NCBI GenBank assembly: GCA_965199755.1
Contig: CBDASZ010000001.1
Coordinates: 544,001-608,000, forward strand
Reading direction: 5' to 3'
DNA: 64,000 bases
Origin: an uncultured candidatus Porisulfidus sp.
GTDB taxonomy: Bacteria > Pseudomonadota > Gammaproteobacteria > Poriferisulfidales > Poriferisulfidaceae
A program made the position numbers and the translations under genes. Under the pieces are notes generated by a model, which saw only the letters and a list, made by a program, of their open reading frames with translations, had not been told where the DNA came from and ran no database searches. Of the stretch, positions 1-8,158 are shown piece by piece; the stretch's first letter is position 1, and every line of letters starts with the position of its first letter.

Positions 1-2
1 TG

Positions 3-386
3 CGCGTGGAGCGTCTGGAGCAAAACACGAAATACCTGCGGCTGCACTTCACGGACGCCACGATCGAGAAGATTATGGATAATGCCGAGCAGCGGACCTT
101 GTGGCGGCAATCCGGGCATCTGGAGATCGCACAGCCGACGTCGGACTCATCCCTCCCGGAGGCACCTTTTGTGCTGGCGCATGCCGACCTTCAGGATGCT
201 ATCTATACACAGCGTGACATGATTCGGGTTCCTATGGACATCAGTGGCGGGGTGACGCTCAGAATGACGCTTGAGGATGCGGCCTCGCCTTGTGTGGTGG
301 AAGGCGTCAAGGCGTATCTGCATCTGGAGGGCGACGCGCGCTATGTGCGGCATCTGGGTGCGGAAGTCTCCGCTGCGGGAGCCTAG
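3..386 (+). CDS. Hypothetical protein, probably 5'-truncated by the window edge
   Basis: Frame is open from the window start to TAG at 384-386 and lies directly upstream of djlA; no recognised motif. Confidence 0.6.
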   Translation, partial: RVERLEQNTKYLRLHFTDATIEKIMDNAEQRTLWRQSGHLEIAQPTSDSSLPEAPFVLAHADLQDAIYTQRDMIRVPMDISGGVTLRMTLEDAASPCVVEGVKAYLHLEGDARYVRHLGAEVSAAGA

Positions 387-398
387 GGAGAGAATGCG

Positions 399-1205
399 AT
401 GTGTGGCGTAATCATAAAGATTGTGGGGTGCATGGTGGTGGGCATGATGCTCGGCGGCGCGTGGGGTTTGGTCATCGGAGGGATGGTCGGCGGTATCTGG
501 TCGGCGGGCAGCATACAAAACGATATGAGCACCATGCGCCGCGCCGGACTGACCCGCCGGCAGTTTTTTGAGTCCACTTTTTTGCTGGCCGGCTACGTTG
601 CACAGTCGGATGGTCGGATTGCGTCTGAAGAGATTCGATGTGTGGAGCGGATGCTGCGTGAGTTGGGCGTGTCATCGAAATACGATGTGGCCGCCATGGA
701 GTATTTCGAGCGCGGAGTTCAGCCGGGTTTTGATTTTGAGGGATGTCTGGCGGATTTGGCGCAAGCCTGCGGCGGCAACGCCATGCTGGTGGCGCATTTC
801 ATCGAAATTCAGATCGCTGTGGCCTGCGCGGACGGCGATTTTTCAAAGCCGGAACGGCAAGTCATTTACCAGTGCTGCATGAAACTGGGTTTCCCGGAAG
901 CCCACGTTGAAAACATTGCGAACCGTTATCTGGGCCGCGCGCATTATGAAGAGCAGGCGGAACAGCGCTCGGCGCAGCACTCGCGCACGCCGGAAGATTT
1001 CAGGTGGGCGTGCGATATCCTCGGCGTTGAGCCTGATACTCCTTGGGAGGAGGTGCGGCGGGTCTACGCCCGGAAGATGAAGGAGTTCCACCCGGACAAA
1101 CTGGTATCCAAAGGCTTGCCGGAGGAATTTATGGAATTTGCGAACGAGCGCACCAAGGAGTTCACGCGCGCCTATCAGATTCTGAAGAAAGAGCATCAGG
1201 CATGA
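399..1205 (+). CDS. djlA: Co-chaperone DjlA (N-terminal TM, TerB-like domain, C-terminal J domain)
   Basis: Gly-rich TM N-terminus, 'AQSDGRIASEEI', 'AVACADG', J-domain 'FHPDKLVSKGLPEE'. Confidence 0.92.
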   Translation: MCGVIIKIVGCMVVGMMLGGAWGLVIGGMVGGIWSAGSIQNDMSTMRRAGLTRRQFFESTFLLAGYVAQSDGRIASEEIRCVERMLRELGVSSKYDVAAMEYFERGVQPGFDFEGCLADLAQACGGNAMLVAHFIEIQIAVACADGDFSKPERQVIYQCCMKLGFPEAHVENIANRYLGRAHYEEQAEQRSAQHSRTPEDFRWACDILGVEPDTPWEEVRRVYARKMKEFHPDKLVSKGLPEEFMEFANERTKEFTRAYQILKKEHQA

Positions 1206-2086
1206 AATTGTTGACCGTGCGCGCCCACGGCACTGAGCAGTTGGCCGTGCAGCAGGAAGATCTGGTGTTCTTGCCGGGGGTGCAGGACGCGACCCTGCCT
1301 GCCACCATGCTGGGCCTGATTGATGGCGGTGCGGAGGCGCTTGGGGCTTTGCGCCGTGCCTTTGAAGGAGCGGATGCGGGTTCCTTTGTGTCGGCGGATC
1401 AGACCGAATTGCTGGCTCCGATCCCGCGCCCGCGTCAGAACATCATGTGTATGGGGCTGAATTACGCTGATCACGTGGAGGAGGCTTCGGCCTCGCTGGG
1501 ACGCGAGCGTGACCTGCCGAAATACCCGATCGTGTTCACCAAGGCGGCCAACAGCGTGAATGCGCCGTATGGGGACATTCCCTACGATGCCAGCGTGTCT
1601 GACAAACTCGACTGGGAAGTCGAATTGGGGGTGGTCATGGGGCGCAGTGCGCGCGGTATCGCCGGGGAAGTAGCGTTTGATCATGTGTTCGGCTATACCG
1701 TGATCAATGATGTGTCCGCGCGTGAATTGCAGCGCCGACACAAACAGTTCTTCATTGGCAAGAGCCTCAGCGGCTTCTGCCCGATGGGACCGTGCATTGT
1801 CACAGCCGATGAGATTGAAGACCCGCACAATCTGGACTTGTGGTGTCGCGTCAACGAGGTGGAGAAGCAGCGCTCCAACACGCGCTATCAGATCTTTCGC
1901 ATTGAGCAACAGATCGCATGCCTGTCACAAGGCATGGTGCTGGAGGCCGGTGATATTCTGGCTACGGGCACGCCCAGCGGTGTCGGGTTCGCGCGTACGC
2001 CGCCGGAATATTTGCGCCCTGGCGATGTGGTGGAATGCGGCGTTGAGGGTATTGGTGTGCTGCGCAACCGCGTGCGCGAGTTCTGA
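1202..2086 (+). CDS. Fumarylacetoacetate hydrolase family protein
   Basis: 'CMGLNYADH', 'LDWEVELGVV', 'INDVSARELQ', 'ATGTPSGVG'; ATGA overlap with the djlA stop. Confidence 0.9.
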   Translation: MKLLTVRAHGTEQLAVQQEDLVFLPGVQDATLPATMLGLIDGGAEALGALRRAFEGADAGSFVSADQTELLAPIPRPRQNIMCMGLNYADHVEEASASLGRERDLPKYPIVFTKAANSVNAPYGDIPYDASVSDKLDWEVELGVVMGRSARGIAGEVAFDHVFGYTVINDVSARELQRRHKQFFIGKSLSGFCPMGPCIVTADEIEDPHNLDLWCRVNEVEKQRSNTRYQIFRIEQQIACLSQGMVLEAGDILATGTPSGVGFARTPPEYLRPGDVVECGVEGIGVLRNRVREF

Positions 2087-2098
2087 TACCCGGACAGA

Positions 2099-2845
2099 TT
2101 ACCAGTAACTTTCGGTCGTGATCTGACCCGGCGCGCTGCGCCGGTTACGCGCCAGTCCCATCTCCCGAAGCAAGGCCGAGGTATCCTGCACCATTTCAGG
2201 GTTGCCGCACAGCATTATCTGGGCGCGTTCTGGCGTGAAGTCCATTTGCGCGCGTTCAGCCAGACGTCCGTCTTCAATCGCCGCCGGGATGCGGCCTTCC
2301 AGCGCATGTGCGCAAGGCTCGCGGCTGACAAAAGGCACGTACACGAATTGATCGCCATACTGGTCAGAGAGATCGTCAACCACATTCGTATAAGTCAGTT
2401 CACGTTCGTAGCGTACGGCGTGAACCAGCGCGATTTTCTGATAGCGCAGCCATGGTGCAGCAGTGCGGAGAATGGACAGGTACGGCCCCAGCCCGGTGCC
2501 GGTCGACAGCAGCCACAGATACTCGCTGTCGGGAACTTCCGAGAGCACGAAAAACCCCACTCCCTGTGACGATATCCACAAAGGGTCGCCTTCGGACAAG
2601 GCTTCGAGTTTTGATGAAAGTGGGCCTTCCGGCACGATGATAGAGTAGAACTCCAGCGTGTCCGAGTCAGGTGGGTTGATGAAGGAGTACGGGCGCGCAA
2701 TGCGCTCGCCGTTAATATCCAGCGCCAGACGGCCGAACTGCCCGGCCTCGAACCGGACTTTCGGCGCGTGAACGCGCAGCGAGTACAACTGATCGGTCCA
2801 GTGGTGATTCTCGATCACCGTGGAGGGGAGCCATTCGGTCGGCAT
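2099..2845 (-). CDS. fpr: Ferredoxin--NADP+ reductase
   Basis: 'RPYS', 'STGTGLGPY', 'MLCGNPEMV', C-terminal 'ESYW'. Confidence 0.93.
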   Translation of the reverse strand: MPTEWLPSTVIENHHWTDQLYSLRVHAPKVRFEAGQFGRLALDINGERIARPYSFINPPDSDTLEFYSIIVPEGPLSSKLEALSEGDPLWISSQGVGFFVLSEVPDSEYLWLLSTGTGLGPYLSILRTAAPWLRYQKIALVHAVRYERELTYTNVVDDLSDQYGDQFVYVPFVSREPCAHALEGRIPAAIEDGRLAERAQMDFTPERAQIMLCGNPEMVQDTSALLREMGLARNRRSAPGQITTESYW

Positions 2846-2850
2846 GAGCG

Positions 2851-3171
2851 TCAGGACGGGTTCGGGTCGATCAGGATGTCATCGCCGTCGACGCGCACCG
2901 GATAAATGCGCAGCGGTTCATCCGCCGGCTCTTCCATTGGACAGCCGGTACGCACGTTGAAACGGCTGCCGTGCAGGGTGCATTTGACCAGTTCGCCATT
3001 CAGACAACCGAGCGCCAGAGAAGAATCTTCATGGGTACAGGTATCGTCACAGGCATAGAAAGTTCCCGACACATTGGCCAGCAGGACGGGTGGATTCAGG
3101 GAGTCAATCCGCAGGGTGGCTCCGGGAGGGATTTCTGAAGTAGCAGCGACGCGAATGTAAGGGTTTGGCAT
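2851..3171 (-). CDS. Rieske [2Fe-2S] ferredoxin (dioxygenase-ferredoxin type)
   Basis: CxH ('CTHE') and CxxH ('CTLHGSRF'); likely start MPNPYIRV at 3171. Confidence 0.88.
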   Translation of the reverse strand: MPNPYIRVAATSEIPPGATLRIDSLNPPVLLANVSGTFYACDDTCTHEDSSLALGCLNGELVKCTLHGSRFNVRTGCPMEEPADEPLRIYPVRVDGDDILIDPNPS

Positions 3172-3194
3172 AATTTGGGAATTATATAGAAGAG

Positions 3195-3364
3195 TTGACA
3201 AGCGAAAGCCTGCGAACTCTTGTTTATTTATTGACGGATCACCGAAGTCGCTTGTTCGCACGGTGCCAGGATAGAGGCGATAGGTGAATGTCCGAATCAT
3301 GCCTCCTGACATGACACCCCGGAGTCTCACCAGATGATACTCTGAACTGGCGGCCAAACAGCCT
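3195..3364 (-). mobile_element. Possible miniature IS200/IS605 (tnpB) relic
   Basis: Minus strand encodes 'MIRTFTYRLYP' (3300-3268), resembling the TnpB N-terminal yRLYP motif; flanking hairpins; TTAC and TCAA tetranucleotides at the ends. Confidence 0.35.
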
Positions 3365-3378
3365 GTAAGTTACTTCTT

Positions 3379-3407
3379 ATAGGAGAGAGATTTGTTAACT
3401 CTCCTAT
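3379..3407. repeat. Inverted repeat upstream of ilvA
   Basis: ATAGGAGAG ... CTCTCCTAT, 9-bp arms. Confidence 0.6.
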
Positions 3408-3475
3408 ATAATTCCTCATAATTTCCCGCTTGCGTAGAGCAATTTATAGGGAATTTCCCCTTTTCCTCGAATTTT

Positions 3476-4996
3476 ATGGACTATCTGGAACGTATCCGGC
3501 AGGCCAAAGTTTATGACGTGGCCAAGCGTACGCCGTTGGAACATGCGCCGCGCCTGAGCACGCGTCTGGGCTGTGAGGTGTGGCTCAAGCGCGAGGACCT
3601 GCAATCAGTGTTCTCGTTCAAATTGCGCGGTGCCTACAACAAGATCTCGTTGCTCGATGAACAGCAGCGCGCGCGCGGCGTGATCGCTGCCTCCGCTGGG
3701 AACCATGCCCAGGGAGTGGCGCTGGCGGCCTCCCGTCTGCAGTTGGATGCGGTGATTGTGATGCCGCGAACCACGCCGGAGATCAAGATTGATGCTGTGC
3801 AGACTTTGGGTGCCACCGTGGTGCTGGAAGGAGATGACTACGATGCCGCGTATGCGTATGCCCACGCACGGGCGGCTGAGGAAGGGCGTGAGTTCGTGCA
3901 TCCGTACGACGACCCGGATGTGATCGCAGGGCAGGGCACGATTGCCATGGAGATGTGTGAGCAGTGCGAGACGCCACCTGAGGCGGTGTTTATTCCGGTG
4001 GGCGGTGGTGGTCTGGTCGCCGGCATGGGAGTCTGGCTGCGGCACGCTTGGCCGCAGACCCGTGTGATCGGTGTGGAGCCGGAAGACGCGCCTTCCATGG
4101 AGCGCGCTCTGGCAGCAGGGAAGCGCGTCAGTCTGGATCGGGTCGGATTGTTCGCGGATGGCGTGGCAGTGCGGCAGGTAGGCGAGGAGAATTTCCGCCT
4201 CGCGCGCGACTGCGTGGATGAAGTGCTACTGGTGAGCATCGATGAGATCTGTGCGGCGATCAAGGATGCGTTCGAGGAGACGCGCGTGATGCTGGAGCCG
4301 GCTGGGGCCTTGGCAGTAGCGGGCATCAAACGTTACGCGCAAGAACGGGAGGTCGCAGGGAAAAGCTTGATCGGGATCAGCAGTGGTGCCAACATCAACT
4401 TCGACCGATTGCGGCATGTCGCCGAGCGCTCCGAGTTGGGCGAGGGGCATGAAGGAATTTTCGCGGTGACGATCCCGGAGCAGCCGGGCAGTTTTCTGCG
4501 TTTTTGTGAGGCAGTCGGGACGCATAGCATCAGCGAGTTCAACTACCGCTACGCGGACTCCGCGGACGCGCAGATTTTCGTGGGCATCAAGTTTCGTGAC
4601 ACGCATGAAGAGAAGGCAGACTGGATCGCCGGGCTGACCGCGTGTGGTTATCAGGTCGCGGATCTGAGCGACAACGAGGTGGCCAAGCTGCATCTGCGGC
4701 ACATGGTCGGGGGGCACAGCGGCAGTGACCAGCGAGAGATTCTGTATCGCTTTGAGTTCCCGGAGCGGCCGGGGGCGTTGCTGAGTTTTCTGGCAAGCAT
4801 GGGAGAGAACTGGAACATCAGTTTGTTCCACTACCGCAACCATGGAGCGGCCTACGGCCGGGTGCTGGTTGGCATGCAGGTACCGGAAGATGAAATGGAC
4901 GCCTTTCTGGCATTTCTAGAGGAGATTGGATACCGGTACTACGAAGAAACTGGCAATGTGGCGTATCAGGCTTTTCTGGGTCGCGCACGGGCTTGA
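3476..4996 (+). CDS. ilvA: Biosynthetic threonine ammonia-lyase
   Basis: 'KREDLQSVFSFKLRGAYNK', 'SAGNHAQG', two C-terminal regulatory domains ('FHYRNHG'). Confidence 0.97.
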   Translation: MDYLERIRQAKVYDVAKRTPLEHAPRLSTRLGCEVWLKREDLQSVFSFKLRGAYNKISLLDEQQRARGVIAASAGNHAQGVALAASRLQLDAVIVMPRTTPEIKIDAVQTLGATVVLEGDDYDAAYAYAHARAAEEGREFVHPYDDPDVIAGQGTIAMEMCEQCETPPEAVFIPVGGGGLVAGMGVWLRHAWPQTRVIGVEPEDAPSMERALAAGKRVSLDRVGLFADGVAVRQVGEENFRLARDCVDEVLLVSIDEICAAIKDAFEETRVMLEPAGALAVAGIKRYAQEREVAGKSLIGISSGANINFDRLRHVAERSELGEGHEGIFAVTIPEQPGSFLRFCEAVGTHSISEFNYRYADSADAQIFVGIKFRDTHEEKADWIAGLTACGYQVADLSDNEVAKLHLRHMVGGHSGSDQREILYRFEFPERPGALLSFLASMGENWNISLFHYRNHGAAYGRVLVGMQVPEDEMDAFLAFLEEIGYRYYEETGNVAYQAFLGRARA

Positions 4997-5050
4997 AGTC
5001 GCTCGTGATTTATGACTACATTCGGATTCCGGGATGTTGGCGATTAAACA

Positions 5051-6180
5051 ATGCGCATTACCAGGTTAAAACTGGGAAACTGGAGGAATTTCAGGGAGAT
5101 TGATGTGGCGCTCCAGCGCCGTATTTTTATCGAGAGTCCCAATGCTTGCGGGAAATCAAATCTGTTGGATGCGATTCGTTTCCTGCAGGATGTCGCCGGC
5201 GAGAGAGGGGGATTACAGGATGCGGTAGGGAAGCGGAGAGGGCTTTCCCGCATTCGTTGTCTTGCCGCGCGGCGGCCTTCTGATGTTGAGATCGGAAACG
5301 AGATTAATAATCCAGAGTGAGTTTATTTTCTCAACATTATTCAAACCAATCAGCGCGTTCCTCAAGTCAGGTCTGAGATTGTCCGACGGAAAGGGCAGCA
5401 GATACTCAAATGCCCGGATGCTGAAGACAAGAAAGATCAAGCACGCTTGCCAAACAGCACTGGAACAAATTAGTGCAAATGTAGAGTTTCGTGAAGTTGC
5501 TGATTTTTTTGCGAGCATTAAATACATGCGCGTGGTGCCACAGTTGGTTCGGGACACCGAAAGGTTTCCTAGTCAGCATGCAGGAGATCCTTTTGGCAGT
5601 GACCTTCTGGAGCGTATTGCCTAGACCCCTAGCAGGACAGCGAAAGCGCGCCTGAAGTGGCTGGGAGAGGCACTCAAAATTGCGATTCCGCAAGTGCGTG
5701 ATCTCGAACTAGAGAGACGATGCAGAGACTCCTCACTTTAAGGGGCCGCTATGCTCATTGGCGCAAGAACGATAGTTGGCAAAGAGAAGATCAATTTTCG
5801 GATGGCACCTTGAGGCTTTTAGCTTTGCTATGGGCCACCATGGAGGGACGCGGGCCTTTACCGTTGGAGGAACCAGAGCTTTTGTTGCACGGTTCTGTGG
5901 TCAGTCAGATACCGGCTTTGGTGTCACGGACAATGCGCCGGGATGGTAGGCAGGTGTTCTTGACAACGCATTCGCCAGATTTACTAGCGGATGAAGGAGT
6001 CTCCTTGGAAGAGGCTCTCGTTGTGCCGCCCAGTAGAGAAGGCTCTACCGTTCGGGTAGCCGCAGAATTAAACAGAGTGGGCGATCTGTTTGAAAGCGGA
6101 TTACCAGTACACGAAATAATATTCAGTCAATTAGCTCCCGAAAATATTGGAAGGTTTGCGCGCTCCTCTTTGAGACGCCT
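5051..6180 (+). pseudogene. Fragmented AAA_21/SMC-like ABC ATPase
   Basis: 'LKLGNWRNF', degenerate Walker A 'ESPNACGKSN', signature 'FSDGTLR', 'LEEPEL', 'TTHS'; split by a frameshift near 5310, an in-frame TAG at 5622-5624 and a frameshift near 5720-5740. Confidence 0.8.
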
Positions 6181-6181
6181 C

Positions 6182-6490
6182 ATGGTCGAAATCAACATTG
6201 TCGTCGAAGGACTGACGGACATTGCCGTTGCTCGGCGACTTTGCGGAGAAGCAGGAATGCGTGTATCACGCGTGTTTCCGATGCGGGGGAAGTCACAGTT
6301 TGATCGGAAGTTACATAACTACAACAAGGCTGCTTATTACCAAACAAACTGGTTGGTCTTGCGCGATTTGGATCAGGATGCTACTTGTGCCCCAACGTTA
6401 CGGGTAAAGAAATTTAAAAATATTGCTCCTGGGATGTTGCTTCGTATCCCTGTTCGTGCAGTGGAGGCGTGGCTGCTTGCGGACAATGTC
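6182..6490 (+). pseudogene. Truncated DUF4276-like (TOPRIM-like) partner of the ATPase
   Basis: 'IVVEGLTD', 'LRDLD', 'EAWLLAD', after which the sequence changes abruptly. Confidence 0.7.
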
Positions 6491-6706
6491 AGCTATTTCT
6501 ACCGCACTGCGGGTGGTGCGGTAATTGATCTGCTACTGGATTTTTCCGGCACGCTGCGGGCGATTGAAATCGGGATCTCCGAGGAGCAATGGGAGCAGGA
6601 TTCTTGGCACCAAGAATTTCCGCGTGGTTTCAAGGCCGCGTGCAAGGACATCAAACCTGCGCACAAGCGCATGGCCGGTGCCAACTCTTCAGGTGATCAG
6701 TATTAA
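6491..6706 (+). pseudogene. C-terminal fragment of an AAA_14/DUF4143-type protein
   Basis: 'YFYRTAGGAVIDLLL...AIEI...GFKAACKDIKP' resembles the DUF4143 C-terminal YxRT...E(I/V)D...AIEIK pattern. Confidence 0.6.
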
Positions 6707-6771
6707 AAAATATTTGTGGGGCGTCGCTTTTTGATTTGATGGAAGAACTTTCGCATGAATCTTTTTGAGAG

Positions 6772-6948
6772 AGTGCACTCCGTGCCCAAGACCAAGGCAA
6801 CTCTGAACCCGAGGTTCAGGTGGGTCCTCTGGACAGGCCGCAGCGTCTTTCTGGCAGTGCCGGAAATTGCGAAACGGCCCACTCACGCGAGGTCCCTAAA
6901 TTTAGGTATCGGTTCACCGGTGCGTTTGGCTTGACGCACGGAGGCACT
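6772..6948 (-). ncRNA. ssrS: 6S RNA
   Basis: Immediately downstream of zapA; ends pair (6773-6785 with 6936-6948); contains CCTGAACCTCGGGTTCA on the minus strand; about 177 nt. Confidence 0.85.
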
Positions 6949-6970
6949 ATGACAGTCAGCGGGGCCTGCA

Positions 6971-7276
6971 TCAGGAGAATCCCGCCTGTTTGCTTTTTTC
7001 CTGAGCCGCGGCAATGCGCTTGCTCATCTCATCCAAGCGCGCGTCCAGACCATTCGGGCTATCCACATTGTCTGTCAGAGCGGCATGACAGATATTCAAT
7101 GCCGTCACCACAGCGACGCGATCGATGGCTGCTTCGGGATTGCTTTGGTGGATGCTCTCGGCGTGTTGCTGGAGCACTTTGACGGCCTTGTCAAAAGCCG
7201 CGCGCTGCTTTGGTGCACAGGCGACCTCATAGGTTTTGCCGAACAACTTGAAGGACAGATCCGCTTCACCGCTCAT
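6971..7276 (-). CDS. zapA: Cell division protein ZapA
   Basis: 'LFGKTYEVAC', 'DRVAVVTALNICH'; position upstream of 6S RNA. Confidence 0.9.
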   Translation of the reverse strand: MSGEADLSFKLFGKTYEVACAPKQRAAFDKAVKVLQQHAESIHQSNPEAAIDRVAVVTALNICHAALTDNVDSPNGLDARLDEMSKRIAAAQEKSKQAGFS

Positions 7277-7494
7277 CGGGGGCCTCCGTGGGGACGCAGT
7301 TGATGCACGATCTTATCGACGGCTTTGGCCGCCTTGCGGTTTTTGCGCCGGAGGATGGCCTGCTGCTGCTGTATTTCGTCGTAATTCTGAAGCAGCAGCA
7401 AATTAGCTTCCACCAGCCGCTCACACAGCGCAATCAGTTCGTTAACCTGACGCTCCAATGTCGCGAGTGCTTTATCGGAATCAGAAGCGGCCAT
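7273..7494 (-). CDS. TIGR02449-like coiled-coil protein (ZapB-like)
   Basis: 'LERQVNELIALCERL...N...L'; overlaps the zapA start, the usual context. Confidence 0.75.
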   Translation of the reverse strand: MAASDSDKALATLERQVNELIALCERLVEANLLLLQNYDEIQQQQAILRRKNRKAAKAVDKIVHQLRPHGGPR

Positions 7495-7545
7495 GGTTCA
7501 GGGAAGGTGTCTGGTGGAGTTCCTATGGCCGTGGGGGGCGAAGGT

Positions 7546-8058
7546 TTATCCGCGCAGGGCGGCAATGGCGGCGTCATGGTTTGGCTCATTGCCAATCTCC
7601 GGCACCAGTTCCGAGTACACCACTTCATTGGCACCATTGAGTACTACAATCGCCCGCGCCGTAATGCCGGACAGCGCTCCTTCACTGATCAGCACGCCAT
7701 AGTCTTTTGCGAATTTGCGTGAGCGCATCATGGAGAGCGTGACTATTTCGTCAGTATGATTTTGAATGCAGAATCGATTCATGGCGAAGGGCAGGTCGGC
7801 AGAGGCGACGATAACAACGTTCTTGCCGGGCAGGTTCTTGGCTTCTTCATTGAGTGTGCCAGAGGAAGTGGCGCAGACCGGAGTATCCAGACTCGGCACA
7901 ATGGAAATTAATTTACGTGCATCTCCAAAGGTGCTCAGAGTGACATTGTTGAGGTCGCGATCGACCAAAGTAAAATCGGGTGCAGTATCTCCGGCTTCGG
8001 GGAAATTTCCCTCCAAGCTGATTTCGCTGCCTTCCAGCGTCACGGTGTTCATGGGCAT
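7546..8058 (-). CDS. tpx: Thiol peroxidase (atypical 2-Cys peroxiredoxin)
   Basis: 'PSLDTPVCA', 'SADLPFAMNRFC'; AGGAG RBS. Confidence 0.94.
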   Translation of the reverse strand: MPMNTVTLEGSEISLEGNFPEAGDTAPDFTLVDRDLNNVTLSTFGDARKLISIVPSLDTPVCATSSGTLNEEAKNLPGKNVVIVASADLPFAMNRFCIQNHTDEIVTLSMMRSRKFAKDYGVLISEGALSGITARAIVVLNGANEVVYSELVPEIGNEPNHDAAIAALRG

Positions 8059-8158
8059 CTAAAAACACTCCTAAGTCAGTGATGGGTGCGGGGGGTCATT
8101 CTATACCAGTTTTCAGAGTCGCGTAGTAAAATGACCTCCTCACACCGGTAGAGTTCCC

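Noticed and set aside
2851-3357. 168-aa long form of the Rieske ferredoxin ORF
   Set aside because: The Rieske domain starts at Met 3171 with a -10 box just upstream; the extension runs through hairpin-rich, relic-like sequence
5720-6706. 328-aa ORF as a genuine novel multidomain protein
   Set aside because: It is a chimera of three truncated pieces lacking the ATPase N-terminus and Walker A, better explained as pseudogene debris
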